Of a stretch of DNA of 64,000 nt, positions 49,201-64,000 are shown one piece after another. The position numbers and the translations under genes are program-made. The first letter of the stretch is position 1. Each line of letters opens with the position of its first letter. This stretch comes from Paragordius varius (Eukaryota > Animalia > Nematomorpha): positions 1,674,001 to 1,738,000 of the forward strand of contig OZ176052.1 in assembly GCA_964247055.1 (NCBI GenBank), given 5' to 3'. Under the pieces are notes generated by a model, which was not told the DNA's origin, did no database searches, and was given only the letters and a program-made list of their open reading frames with translations.

Positions 49201-52200
49201 AATCAAAGATACGATCCAAAAATTTTGAGACGGAGTTCGATATGGTAAAATTTGCATTGGATTGATACATAACTCCGTTTTATCAATTTTACCGTTAACG
49301 GGTGAGTTTGTAGTATTAATATTTGGCTGATAAAAAGTTAAAAAATTACATAAGCCCTTTTAAATGAGGTAGGAAAAACATTTATAAAAAAATTTTAAAA
49401 CCAGTTCTAAAAATTACCATAAATATATCGTCGTAATCAGTAATTAGGGTAGAAAATGCACTAAAATCTATGTTGCTTGGATAATGCGATTTTCTAAGAT
49501 TTTTCAAGTATTGTTCGCGTCTTTGTCGAAAAATGCTAATTAAAAGTCTATGAAAAAAATTTTATATAATAAAATGTCTAAATATAATTGAAAAAAATTA
49601 AATTTTATTTTCATACTCTTGAAGGTGATTTAAAGAATTGTCATCTGAATGTAAGACTTTATTTGATGATTTTCGGCAAAAATTTAAGAAAAGATGTGTC
49701 CAAATATGGCATAATGGCATCAGTGCTTCATGAGTACTAACAATCCCTATCAATATGTTAATGCAAAAAATAATTTTTTTAACATTTCAAACATAATTAC
49801 ATTACATAAATAGATTCGTAGAGAGTTTTACAGTAAGCTGCATAAAATTCATTTTTAAAATATTATACTTTCAATAACTTCTCTATTCATATCTTTATTG
49901 TCACCGAAATAGTGATATGGAATATTGTCATAAACAAAATTTTGGACATAGCCATAATGCAGTAATCGACTCAGGAAATCCATTAAATTTTCAGACCATT
50001 TTATCATTTCTTCTTTGCAAACGCCAAAGTTTGAAGTATCCAAATGGGTAGAAAGGGAAGATAATACTTTAGTTAACATAAGTATGGTTGAACATTCATG
50101 AGCGGTTAAATCATACCCCTTAGGTATATAACTATGAGGTGAGCTTAAATTTTCTTTCAAATTATACGAATTTAGTTTGCTACAGTGTTTTTCCAAAAAC
50201 GCAATTACATATAATTTCAAGCAAGTTAGTATGGAAATCAGGCCTGAGCCTAAATTGTGTTCTGTATTGTTAGTGCTATTATTATTATTATTATTCTGCG
50301 GTATAAATGGTCTCTTTTCAAACTCTGAAGGTTGGGCCGGAGATGAAACAATAATAATCGAGTTAATTTGTTCAAATATCTATGATATTATATATGTATA
50401 TATATATAAATGTATATGTATACATATTAAAGTTTCCAATGACCAAAAGCCTTTAAATAAATAAAATTCTAAGGTATTTATATAATTTATAACTTGTAAA
50501 AAAATTATTTTAAATATAAAATAAAAAAATTTAGACGCAAAAATGAAAGGACCTACTACCTTAGCCATAAATTTTTGTCGACACATATTGTTTCTTTCAA
50601 CGCGATGGGGAGGAGATTTATTCAAAATAATGTGGGAATTATCCAAAGCCAACATCATAAATTCATAGTATATGGACAGTATCTAATAAGTAAGTAAAAT
50701 TACAATAAAATATGCCAAAATATTATTACAGTATAGTATGCATTTTAATGGTTGCTTCACACTAAAGTAGATTTGCAACACAGGAGTGTATGGAAAAAGA
50801 AAGGAAATAATTGTTTATTCACCATTTCGTTGTTTTTTCCATACACTACTGTAGTGTAAAATAAGCAACCATTAAAACTGTAATCACAAAAAACTAAAAC
50901 TAATATCAATCATGAATTTTATTTTTATAATTCGCCCATTTTATAACGATAAGAGTAAATTATTTAAAAAATTACCTTTTGATTTATATGAAATCCTGGC
51001 TGTTCTGCAAACGTAGAACTAAAAGCGTTAATCAACCTTTGGTTAATATCTAATACAATTTTACAGTATTCCCAACCTATCTCCCAACCCATATATACCA
51101 TCTATAGAATAGAATTTAAACAAAATTATAAAATATCAAAATAGTACATTTGATATTTAGTCAAATCAATATATAAATCTTTTTTTAGAAAAAATTTCTT
51201 TTACAATTGAAATAGAGTATTATTATTATTTATAAATGCCAATTTTGTTTTAAATCATCATCATTGTTTTAAAATAGTATAAAAATTATAATAAAAAATT
51301 CTGTAGACATAATTTTTACTGATTATTAATATTAAAATAAAAAACTCAAATTTCTCTCTCTCCAACCTGTTTCATCGTTTTAAGATAAAAATTTTGCCAA
51401 ACATTCATGATTTGTATCAACGGTCTCCCCGATTTTAGTGTTTGATGTAAAAGCTCATATATTTGACTGATGATCCATTTTATATGGTATAAATCAAAAT
51501 ATTTTTCCATTTTTAACGGTTGTTTTGAATGCCCTTGTACAGGATTCTCATAAGCTGCCCTTGGCTTTGATTTTGATGTTTCTAGTAGTAGAAGTGCTTT
51601 ATAAAGCGATTTTATACCATTTACAGTTCAAATTTACCCTTAAACAATTAAAATTCCCCCTTCGAACAGTACAAAAGGTAATTTTTATTCTTAAAAAACA
51701 CATAATTTATTCGTAGGTGAATTTGAATTGCTCGTGGGTGAATTAAAAATATTGTTAAAAAATGAAATCACGTTTAAAATTAATATAATACCGAAAAATA
51801 AAAAATGCCATAAGAATATTTTATTATTAATGATGAGTTGTATTAGCCCGAAAACACACAATTTATTTTATTGTAAATAATATATTAAAAAAATATGATA
51901 AATGAAACTTAATAAAAAGAAAAATATAGAATAAAAATACCCTTTCTGCTGATTTTTGTATATTTATCTCGGTAAACTTGTATATGAAACAAGGCATATA
52001 AATGCAGTGATTGGCCCAAAATTAGTAATTTTTCAAACTCGATTCCTATAAAAAGGTCTTGAAGAACTCTAAGGAAAGGAAAATGAAAAAATATGCATTT
52101 AATAAATAATGAGATTTTATTTACTGCACATTTTTATACCACAATTATTCAAAATCATGTAAACAGCTCTGAATTGAATTGCAAATAATATCGTTTGTTT

Positions 52201-55200
52201 TATCTCCTAAATAAAAAAAACTATCCGATTATCTTTGATATAAACCAGCGTAATCATGTAAACTTTAAGCGGGATTATTAAAAATTTTAATATCGATTAA
52301 TAAAGTTAAATATAACTATACCATTTATATCAATTTTTGTTAGTTCATTGCCAAAATGTGGGAAAAGGTATTCAATTAAAATTTGTTAAGATTTATCATT
52401 TTTACCTAAATTTAGAATTTTTTTAATTATAAAATTTTTTGTTTGATATTTTTTGAAACTCGTAAGCGGCCAGAAAATAAGATAACAAACAACCTAATTT
52501 AAATTAAGGCCCAATCAATCAATTTTAGCTGTCCAAATTTCAACGAAATGCAAAAAATATTTACTTGTTAAGTTGGTTGAAAAGGTCATTAATTGCAGGT
52601 GAGAAAATATGAAATGGAAATTTATTTATATTATTACTATGGTTATTTTTATTAGTGCTATGAGGTGATGATTTCGATTTGAATTCATGAACAGGATCTA
52701 AATTATATATCCAATGCACAAAATTTTTGTAAGATAAATCTTGCAGGGTACATTCATTGCCAAACTTTATAAGTGAAAACTGTGTATCATAAAAAAATGT
52801 GGAATCAGTATTTGAAGTTTTATTGTTATCACCTATTTTTGTGGGTTGATTTTCATTTCCATTTCTAGAAAAATTAGTGATGGAAATATCAAAAAATAAA
52901 AGTTAGGTTAAAACATGAAAAATACAGAGATGCCTTTAAATGGTTGTTATTTCACATTAAAGGAGAAGGGCGATTTGCAACACAGGAGTGTATTGAAAAA
53001 GCAAAGGAAATAACAGTTGTTTATTTAACATTTTGTTGTTTTTTCCATACACTACTGTGTGTTGCAAATTGCCGTACTATAAAATAAAATAAGCAGCCAT
53101 TAAAATGGCAAACTGTAAATGTCAGCAGGTTTTTGCGTAAAAAGTTGTCTTTAAAATATAAAAACTGACACCAATATTCTAAGTCTATTAATTTGTTCCT
53201 ATATAATCTAGCGATTTATGGCTGTAAAATATGAGATAAAAAATAAAATTTTATTGTTTTAATTTGTCAAATACAATTCTCTATTTGAATATTTTAATTT
53301 TTCATACATTTAAAATACTATTTATTAATAATAAAATTACCTATTATTTTCATGGGTATTTTCATTTTTTTGATGAGGGCACAAAATTTGCCTTACATCT
53401 TTAACAAATGGTTCTAAATGCGTACTTGGCATTTCAAAAAATGCTTTTATCCGAACAATCATTCCATAAAATCTATTGAAAAATCGGGAAAAAGAATGTT
53501 TAAAAATAGCATTATTACATCTTTAAACCGAAAAAATAATTTTACATTATATGACTACATACGAAATTTTTTCCATAATTAAATATTTCCAAGAAATTAT
53601 AATTAAATAATAAATATATATATTTTAAAAACGCCAGTGTTAGTAATTAACAAAAAATACAGAGAAATATTGTAAAGAAAATATTTAGATATTTTGAAAC
53701 ACTTTACATGTTTTTAGGTTTCTTTAAAGCGTTCAAATAATATAGCATCTCCATATTTTTAAATTTGGCTTAATATTAACGGTATAGTATCAAAGAATTA
53801 ATTTTTTTGAAAAAATAAAATAAAAAAATTGGATAAAATTAAAAATTTATAACCTAAAAACATGGGACCATAGACGTAAATCTTGCCGCAAGGATTTACA
53901 GATAAATATTTTACTGGTCGTATTTTGTATTCCATATAAAATGTATAAACCAATAGGCAGTATAGTTAAATCAAAAGTTTTTCTACCATTCGTCGTAAAT
54001 GTTCGAATATTCTCATGGGTTTGTTTCAAGCGGCGATCTTGAGATTTTTGTTTAAATTGAAACTCTTTCTCTTTAGTACTTTTCGTGTAATGTTTTGACA
54101 AAATTTTTTTGAGTAGTTTACGATTAGCAAGTCTTTTAAGCGACACTTGTCCATCCAAAATAGATGGGTAGGCGGCGACATTAATATCCAATCTATTTGA
54201 AAATTAAAAAAAAATATAATATTACTGTAAGAAAAATAAAATACTGATAATAGAATAAGAAAAAAATAAATAAATTGGCTTTTGGTATTTTAAAACAACC
54301 GAATCATCTTTTTTAATTTTAAAAAATGTTAAAAATAAGTATTTTGTAAATAAAATTGATAATAAATTCATTTTTTAATTTTTTTTTATATATATCATCT
54401 TTTCGCTTTTTGAAAATATAATTTTATTTGAATTCATACCCCATATCATACAAATTAATGGTGGAAAAAAATTGAACGAATTGCTGTAGTATTGTCACAA
54501 ACATATTACCCATATAACATAAATGATCCATGTAATCTAATGATAATAAACGAAAAAAACACATTTTTATAAAATGTAACCTAAAATTTATTGTTTAGGA
54601 CAAGTGATTTAGTAATAATTATATTAGGCTAAAATCAATATTTTTAATTACATGTTGAATGTTTAAATAAATGAATATTTTAAATAAATCCATGCTTAAC
54701 AAAATATTATATATACCTATATCTTTTGCTCAAAAACATTACTTATTCGCAATAATTATTGTTAAAGGTTAATATATTGTAAAGGAAGGTTTACCACATT
54801 GTGCAATTAATTGTACCAACATAAAATTTGATTCAATTTTCCGTAATAATTGAATCAAATAAGAGTTATCTGATGATTGCCTTGGTAAGAAGGATTGTGA
54901 TAATATATTTCTAGAATTAATATTTCCGTTGTAATAATTTTCTTGAAATAAGGCTGAAGGTTCTAAATACAGCATATTAATGAGGATATTTAAAACATGT
55001 TCCTGGTCTTTAATAGTATGATTATTATTGTGACTGTTAAGGCTGTTTTTACGATTGGGTACTAGGATACCCCCGAATGATTTAACATCGCATGCACTTT
55101 TAAAGAACTGATCTAAAAATTTGGCGTAAATTTTCTTTCGATCGTGATGACCTAGAATTAGATTAAAAAAATGTAAATATATATATAAAAGGGTAAATTT

Positions 55201-58200
55201 AACATGTATAAAAAAATATTTAACGAACTATATCAGGGGTTTCCAACACAAACGGCTTCGCGGGCCGCATTTGATAAATACGTATGGGAATTAATAAATA
55301 TTTAATTAGATTTCAAACATAAAACTACTGTTGAAAAAATCCAAGTGCTATTAATTTTGCCGTTTTCTGCGTGTTTGTTGCTAATATTGAAAAGACTTGT
55401 TTTGAAAATTTGTATAAATTTTACTGATATATTGAGCCATATTATTGTAAATTGTAGAACTTGTGTTAATTTGATAGATTTCCAAAAACTCCGCGGGCTG
55501 CATATTATCTTGAAGGGTTGCGTTGTGCACACACCTGGACTATACTTAATAAAAACCGCTAAAATTGTTTTAAACATACCATCTTCGAGAGAGTTGTCGC
55601 AATGTGAGTTAGGATTGATTGTTTGACATAAAACTCGATATGAATGGGTAAAATTTGTGCAAAAACATTCGTGATCTTTATTACTATTCAATGTTGATTT
55701 AAAACCTAACCTTTCACTATTTACGCAATCTAATTTAGGAAATGATATAAAAAGCAATGTTACCAAATATATCTTATAATACCCGATAAAACCTAAAAAT
55801 ATCAGCCTCAGAGTAATTTGCAATTTCAAGACGTATTTATGGATATCTGTTAATTTTGAAATTATAGCATTAATAATTTTTTGGGAAAACAGTTCAAAAA
55901 AATTTTCTTTCCCTAAAAATATTTATCAATCATATGCCTTCTGACCTATTTTTAGTTATACTCGTGTACAAGTCAATTAGCAATATAACAGCAAATTAAA
56001 ACCCCCAGGACATAAAACAATGTACAACAAATGAAAACTTTAACTTTTTGTATATAGTAAAAATTTTATAGCAAACGTTGGTTTTTCGGTAAAAAATGGC
56101 AAATTTCAAACATATTTTAGGTAAAAAGTGTATTATTTCTATAAGCTTTTATTTACCTTTAATAAAATTGATAAGATTAGATCTTTTGGTATCATTCGCC
56201 ATGGTCAAGGAAATAATGGGTTGTTTAACAATGTTGGCAAATATTTGAGGGATCCAACATTCAGTATATACCATGTTAAATGAATCACATTTGAAAGCTT
56301 GTTTGAATTCTTTCAACTATAAATTTAATATTTAATAAATATTAAATTTTAAAAAACTTGAAATTGCATATTAGTTAAAATGTTATAAATTAATTTTTAT
56401 GTATATTAGTTGGGGGAGGGATTAAAATTAATTTTTGTTTAATAAAATAAAATAATAATCAAAAATATATAAAAAAAGTTAAAAATATATATTTAAACAT
56501 TTTTAAGTTCTATCAAAAATATATTGTAATTTTTTTAATTTTAAACTAGGATGAAATATAATTGCAATTTTTCAAAAAGCTATAAACAATTACCCGTCCA
56601 TCTTGTGTTAAAATATTCCCTTTGGTATTAAATTTTTGCACAATGTAATCCAAACATAGCGATTGAAATGTTGCAAAATATATAAAATCCGCATTAAAGA
56701 GATTGTGGACCTCATTCTGATTAAAGTTATGTTCGGAACTTAATTCATCCTTTTCGAAAGCTAAAAAAATGATTAAAATAGGATTGTTATATTTTAGTAG
56801 ATTTATAAATATTTCAAAAGTTATTCATAATTTAAAATACGTAAAACTACTTTTAATTTAAAGTCTATAAATTAATTTATCCATAAAATTTAAGAAGGTA
56901 GTCATTACAAAAAAATGGCAAAATAAACAAATTTTTCAATTGAATTTTTATATAAATTTTTAATTAAAAAAACAAAATGTAAAAGTTATAATTTGGTAAG
57001 GCCTTTGATAATTTATTGAATATAAATTATAACAAAAAAAGGAAAAATTCAATAAAAATATTTGAAAAAATTTTATAATACCTCATACGTATACGACAAT
57101 GGCAGACAATAGGAATACAAAAGGAAGGAAATTTAACATGACATCACAACACAAATATCCATGCAACAGTATTACACTAATATATTTTAAAAATATTTAA
57201 ATATATATATAAGCAAAAAATTCTAGAATTATGTAAACATTTTCGGCTAAAATTTTTGAAAGTTTTTTTAAAAAAAATTATTTAAAAAACTGATAAGATA
57301 CACAGGTTATTATATCCTGAATATACCATATTTATATAAAAATTAGTTCTATTTCTTGTAAACCATTAAATATAAAATCAATAATAGTTAAGAACGCTGA
57401 TTTAAAAAAAAAATTCGGCTTTAAATGCTATATAAAGTTTTTATGTTAGGTTATAATTATATAACCAAAATATTGGTAAGAATTAGCTGTTTTTCGCATT
57501 TTCTCTTTCAAACTTATTTCGTTCTTATTTTAACGCAGAAAAAAAGTAAACCAACCCACATTCACTTTACCCCAAAAAATACTATTTTAATCGAGCATTT
57601 GCTAAAACACATATATATATATTTTCGTTTCATACCATGATATTGAAAGTAGAATTGCGAACTAAACTTTATTAAAGCCAAATCAATTTCAACACCCGAC
57701 CTTAAATGCATTAAAATTCCGGTTTCTGGATTACATAAACGAGTACGTATTTGAGTGAGAAAGTTTGTCACCAAATGACTTTTTTCCATTTCCTATTGCA
57801 CAAAAAAAAGTAAATTTTTTTCAATTCTTGTTTTTTTCGGTTTTTTAAAATATGAATATATAAATAAGGCGGCCCAAAAAAAGATATTCGTTTAGTATAT
57901 ACTATTTGCACTCCAAGAGTGTCCTTGAAAATTTCAAATTGGTCTGAACATTTCAAGTTGGACCTTCAACACTTCATCCTTGAACACTTAAAGTTTGTCC
58001 TTGAACAGTTCAAGTTGGTTCTTCAACAATTCAGGTTGGTCCTTGAACACTTCAAGTTGGTCCTTTGATTTTTTGTTTAGTTTTTATCATCAAATCGTAT
58101 ATCATTCATCTATTTTATCGTTTTTAACCTATTTTTTTTATTAACGATAAATATCAAATTAATATCAACTTTTAATCATTGAGAAACCGTATATCTTTAT

Positions 58201-61200
58201 TAATATCTTATAATTATTTTTGATATTTATATGATTTTAATACGTAATTAAAAAATATATAAGTTTCCTAGGATATTATTTACAATTTTTTTTGTAAACA
58301 TTTAAAAATTTATAATTTTGTTAAATTGGAAAAAAGTAGTTTTTGAATGAATTTTTTTTAAATGAATAAATATAATATAGATAATTAGGTTAAAAAATAA
58401 TAAAATTAAAAAATACATACAAAAATTATGATTAATTTAAAATTTAAAAATTTTAAGGACCAACTTGAAGTGTTCAAGGACCAACTTAAATTGTTCACAA
58501 CTTGAAGTGTTAAAGGACACTCTTGAAGTGCAAATGGTATACATATGAATGCAGTCATTTATGATTATAAGCAATTAATAAGATTACAGTCAGAAACATA
58601 AATTTTAACTAATTGGAAAACAAATAATTTAACCAAAATAATATATTATTAATTAATATTTCTTATTATTTTTATTTGTAGTTTTATATACATAATATGA
58701 ATTGATAATGTTCGAAATTTTGACTGATTATTTTCATAACCGAAACCTAAACCAGCGATTATAAATTATAATAATATAACTTTCCCAGTTGTTATTTTAA
58801 CCGTATTATATTTTTCAATATTAATCATATTGTTACGTTTTAAAGTGAAAATACCATTTCTCCATCCTTAAGCTTTTTCTCTTCTTCTATTTGTGTTATT
58901 GGAGTCAAATGCAATTTTTGATTGGAGTTTAATTGGTGGTTTAAATCAGGATCCAAAGATATTTCGGTAAATATTGCCTCATCAACTTCAGAGATTTTAG
59001 TCTTATTTTCTTTGTGGGAATCTATAATAAATTTGTGTTGAAATAGTAGGAAAATTTTTACTTTAAATAGATCAAAAATTATTACTTTTAATATTGTTAA
59101 AATAAATAGATATAATGTTTCGGTTAATCGCTAAAATGTCTCAGGTTAGTTTATTAAAATAACCTTTTATATAATAATTTTTACCATAAAAAGAAAAAAA
59201 ATAAAAGGTATAAAATTTGGTATCGTTTTGGTATTCTATATAGCACAAATTTGAGTTTTTGATATTACAATATATTAAAACACGCAAGGTTTTAGCCAAA
59301 AAATATATTTTAAAAAATTAAAGTATACTATCCAAACTTCCAATGACACCAGGTCTAGTTTCATGATTTGAAAGCTGAGTTCCAAAATCAAAGATATCGC
59401 ATATATCTTCTTCTGTTTCCGATGATTCATTATTATCATAAGGAGTTGAATCATTTTCTTGGCAATTATTTTCAATATTGGTATTATAATTATTATTGCT
59501 GGATAAATCATGAGATGAAGCCTTGTATTTCATTTTGTGATTTTTATCAAATAAATTCTCTTCAATTCCGTCAAAATTTTCTCGGTTTGGTAACTCACAA
59601 AGTGAAGCGACGTCCGTTTCTAATAAAATTTCAATAAAAATTTAAATTAAGAAATAAATAGTCGAATATTTTGTTTCTTTAATGAAGTATATCTTTTGTA
59701 AAAGAAATTGCTTAAAAATATTTTTATCCTTAACCTTTCTTTGTATTGTATATATGTTATAAACTAAAAAATTGTCGTTAAATGTTTTTTTAACATGTTA
59801 TTAAAAGATAATTTATATAAAAAATATAATTTTTAGGATAAAAATCTTAAATTTTAAAATAATACCATCAATATCTAGATCGGCGTCCGAAGGTGTTTCA
59901 TAATGCGATTCGGTATCGAAAGATATTTGATTACTATCATTATACGAGCTTGCATTTTGATTATTAACATTATAAACATTGCTCAGGTTATTGATTTGAC
60001 ATGCCGTATTTTCTACCAATAAATAATTTTAATTATATATATATAAACCTCAAATCGATTTCACCCTTGAACAATAAATTCACTAACCTAAAAATAAATT
60101 ATGTGTTTTTTGGGCCAATATAACTCATCATTAATATAAAATCTTTCTTTATATGTCCGTCCATAGTTTTATATTTTTTTGTATTATGTTATGATTTTAA
60201 ACAAAATATTATTTTTATAAATATAAAAAAATTAGGTAATTTTAATATTCCCTAACACATAATTTTTTAGGGTGAATTTTATATTTTTTCGAGGATGAAT
60301 TTCAATTTAAATGGTATATATAAATAAGTATGATGAGTTCTATGTAAAAAAGTAAACCTTACAGATTGATAACTTAGTATTAATTTTGTTATTGGTATAT
60401 TGTAAAAAATGTTTAAAAAAATTAATCTAAACAAACTATTGAAATCAATAAGTGCTATTAAACTATGAATTAGGTTTTCATAAAATTATGAGTTTTGATT
60501 TCCCAATATGTTTCTTAAATCATTTCGTTCCCTTAATTTTACCAATTTTTGAATTCTACTTGCAAAACAAGAATACATTTAAATGGTTAATTTGGCATAA
60601 AGTTTATAATTTATATGCATTGATCATTTGATATAAAGGCCTTATATATATAAGTACTTTAAAACAAATTTTATTTTTAGCATGCAAAGAAAGAAATAGT
60701 ATACCTAATATTTCAATTCCATCCAAATTGCATTTTATTGACTGAAGGGATAACAATAAACGATGACAAAAATGTATGATTGAATCATTTAAGAAAGAAT
60801 GAACATTGTCACATGATAACATAGGGGTAGGATTACAAGATTGACATATTGTATTCCAAACGACATATATATATTGAATTAACCTGGTTAGTTACATATA
60901 ATAAGACGGTTTAAAAAATGTGTATTATAATAATATAAGAATGTTGGAAAAAGAAAGATCTTTAAATAAGTTTTGATTTGTAAAATAAAATACTACAAAA
61001 ATAGGATTTTATTTGGCTGTAATCATTCAAAATAAGCTAAAGATTACTCCTAATTTTGCATTTTAATTTGAGTTAGTTTTTTTTAATATGAATATTATTG
61101 GACATACTCACTTAGGTTCAATAAAATCGTAGATTAGTAATATTAAAATTTGCGGCAGTCCTTATTAAGGCTTAAAAAAAGTAGTTTACCATAATCACTC

Positions 61201-64000
61201 GATAAATACAGATATAAAATGATGCGATTATACATACCGCATATGTAGTAAAAAAAACTTCTTGCAGAGTAGATGTTTTTGAAAAATATCAGAAAAACTA
61301 TAGCCTTTGCAGTCAATTCACCAAAAAAGTATTTTAACCAACATAACAAAATTAGTAAAAATTATAAAAAGCTTTAAATTAATTACATTTGTATCATATC
61401 CATATCATAGAAATCATTTCCCAAAACATACATCCACCAACAATCTTTTTTACTTGAAATTTCAATTTTTTCCATAAAACTCTCATGTGAATGATGTATG
61501 GTTAAAATAGTGTATAAAGTTTGCGGTTCAATTAAATTGCATACTGTTTGCTCAATGAATAACTTTAAACCTTTGCAGATTATATTTGAATCATTAACAT
61601 TGGCATTATTGGGTAATAGAGTTGAATTGAAATAATTAGCATGTGCACATAGAGCGGATTGCATCAAGGATTGCCAAATTAAACTGAGAGCCCCACCTGT
61701 AGTGTTTCCACCCTTTTTATTTTGCCCTAATAATCAGTAATAAAACGGATTAATTTCTTTAATTTTTACACAATATAGAAAGTATTTTAAATTTGATATA
61801 TTAGTATCATATATATATATGTTCGTTATAAAAATGCAAAATGGGAAAAAAATGCAAACTAAAAAGTTTTTCATACATGAGCATTTGTGTAAAATAAATT
61901 TCTGAATTGGAAAAACAAATATATTGTAAAAAATTATCAATTTAGGTTAGATAGCATTTCATGCCGAGTTTAGTGTGCAAAAAATATTATTGAACAAAAA
62001 TGGAACAAATAAACTTATTTTTTATAAAAAAACGGTAAAAACGTAGTTAATTTTTACTCAACACACATAAAAATTCGAGTGTATTACCAAAACCTGTAAA
62101 GCTACGAAAAAAAAATGCTAAAATTATTAATTCATTTAATAAAAAATAAATATTAACTCACCTTTAGTGTGCCCAATATAAAGACAAATGTGATACAATA
62201 ATTGATTGATTGACCAATAATAATCTGGCCTTAAGAATAATGGATTTTCAGGGATTGAAATAGCTGCCCCGTTCCAACACACCATGGGTTTATCATTTGA
62301 CAAACAACTATAATATTTATAAATAAACGAGGAAGTATATTTATTCTTATTAAAATTTCTCTTTAATTATAGATCTAGTTTAATATAATTTGCTTCAGGA
62401 CAAAACCTAAATATATAAAGACAAAAAATTTTTTCTAAAAGACAATGATACTTCTTACATCTTGTTGATTGATTCAGAAAAAACTCATTGTTTAAATGGC
62501 CAAGTGTGAAATAGAGTTATATAACACTAACACAATCTATTTTATAATTTACGATTGTGAAATAGTTAATATACAAAAATTTAAGGTTTAAAAGTATGGT
62601 TGTCTTTTAAATAAAAATATTTGTCTTTATATTTTTACGCTTTGTCCGTATAATTTCAATTTTTATTGTATAAAGAACAAGTTATTTAGCCCTTATTTTT
62701 GTTTTAAAGAAATCGTTATTTCTATCAAATATATCGGTAAAAACTTAATTAAAAACAACTCCAATTCAAAAAAACTTTAAAATGTAAGGAAAAAAAACAA
62801 AGTACAAAAAAGTGTTGTTTAAAAACCTTTTAGTGTCACCATCATCTTTATTGTTCCGACACTTATATTGAACAGAATAAGCTTGATCACTTGAGGGAAT
62901 ATTGGTGGAATATCCTTTATTTTGGCCATTCATAATAATATAATAATTGGGTAAATTATAAAGATTTGTCAGGGCTGGGCAAACGTCTTTCCTAACAAAA
63001 CATATATAATACTTTTTAAATATTTGGAAAAAAAATGAAATATAAAAATATTACACGAATATTTAATTCCAAAATGAAACTAAATTATATAAGTTAGATT
63101 ATACTTTATGGAAGGGAATTAAAATATTCATTAATCAAAGGAAATCAACATAGGTAGTAGACAGTTGAGTTTAAATAAATTTTAAGAGTACAATTTTGTG
63201 TTCAGGTATTATTGATTAGAATTTATATAAATCTATATATTTTATTTTATGTGAGGAATGATGATTTTTACCATAGAGTTTCCATTAAAACATTTGACGT
63301 ATAGATATAATTATTTTTCGTAGCCATTAAAACCGTAAGTATACCATTAAAAGCTTCAAAAACGCAGCAGAGAGCTGAATTTGACCTATAGATATATATA
63401 TATATATATATATATAATGCTTTTTTCAAAAAAAATATCGATAAAAATATGTAAAAAATTAAATTTCTAAAAAAACACTATATTGTTTTAACCTTAATTT
63501 TTACATATATTGGGGTTTGAAAATAATAAAGCAATAGGGATCTAAATTGGTAAGAGGTTAAATTTCATGCATTACAATTATAATCATATGGGTAAAATAG
63601 TAAGATAAAATCATGGATTTAAAAAATATGGTTTGCTATTTAGCTTTTACTTATATTTTTTCCTTATAACTTTAATCTTTATTTTTATTTTAAGTAAAAA
63701 CAATTCTTACAAGAAAAATATTGAAAGATCAAACAAAACAAAAAAAACGACAAACTTGGTATTATAAAATTTACAATCATCCGATACGTAAAGAATGAGT
63801 TTATCAATATTTGCCATTATTTCTAGGTGTGAATATAAATTTTTATCATTAATTTGATCAGGGGTGATGGTTTTACTAGAAAAAGAATTAATTTCCGATT
63901 GATGATATTGAATGTAAGTTTGAAACATTTGAAAGATATTAATTCTAATGCGTTTTGTAAGCTGAGTTTCGTGGGTTACCGTTTCGTACGTTTGCAATAA
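43980..64000 (-). CDS. ARFGEF3: BIG3/ARFGEF3-like protein, copy 2, multi-exon, 5' part beyond the window
   Basis: Same exon series as copy 1 (for example ORFs 63707-63997, 57562-57789, 53847-54191, 45879-46268). The terminal exon 44156-43980 is identical in amino acids to copy 1. Confidence 0.85.
44795..45074. mobile_element. MITE family B, present only in copy 2, TA target duplication
   Basis: acaaTA[gagtaaaatttgaaattatacggac...gtatactttcagtttttattg]TAatat, versus the empty site actaTAatat near 11380 in copy 1. Confidence 0.85.
46217..46265. repeat. (AT)n microsatellite, expanded relative to copy 1 (12540-12557)
   Basis: Direct reading of both copies. Confidence 0.9.
47424..47680. mobile_element. 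MITE family B
   Basis: Counterpart of 13589-13838. Confidence 0.7.
50729..50880. mobile_element. MITE family A, shortened
   Basis: Counterpart of 17050-17238 with small deletions. Confidence 0.75.
51616..51880. mobile_element. Family C element
   Basis: accatttacagttcaaatttacccttaaacaatt...; counterpart of 17973-18186. Confidence 0.7.
52925..53115. mobile_element. MITE family A, full length only in copy 2
   Basis: Family A interior is present; copy 1 keeps only a ~34-nt end remnant at 19282-19315. Confidence 0.75.
55234..55537. mobile_element. hAT-type MITE, copy 2
   Basis: caggggtttccaac ... gcacacacctg; flanks aactatat and gactatac. Confidence 0.8.
57901..58538. mobile_element. Foldback family D, copy 2
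   Basis: More 21-bp units on the left arm than copy 1 and an intact right end ...gaagtgcaaatggt. Confidence 0.85.
60046..60315. mobile_element. Family C element
   Basis: Counterpart of 26020-26230. Confidence 0.7.
62385..62668. mobile_element. MITE family B
   Basis: Counterpart of 28320-28607. Confidence 0.7.

Larger units (their letters stand above)
37055..64000. repeat. Segmental duplication, copy 2 (runs off the right edge)
   Basis: Colinear with 3620-29980; same gene order and most of the same MITEs. Confidence 0.97.

Overview
Very AT-rich eukaryotic (animal-like) genomic DNA with GT-AG introns, read in the standard code. Most of the window is one ~33.4-34 kb block present twice in tandem (about 3.62-30.0 kb aligns by eye to 37.05-64.0 kb). 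Each copy holds a convergent gene pair. (i) A small plus-strand six-exon gene (~194-199 aa) that I cannot name. It has two exon-encoded PP1-docking RVxF-type modules, a basic/aromatic Cys-containing segment and a C-terminal class I PDZ-type motif (ETRV). It is followed immediately by a 1.6-2 kb tandem array almost devoid of G. (ii) A large minus-strand multi-exon gene whose exons match BIG3/ARFGEF3; copy 1 is complete (32981 to 10263) and copy 2 is cut by the window edge. Non-coding space is filled with at least five short inverted-repeat (MITE/foldback) families, some inserted or deleted after the copies diverged, and a decayed hAT transposase lies at the left edge. All alignments and homology calls were made by eye or from remembered protein sequences, not from database searches. 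A true duplication cannot be distinguished from two haplotypes assembled in tandem using this sequence alone.
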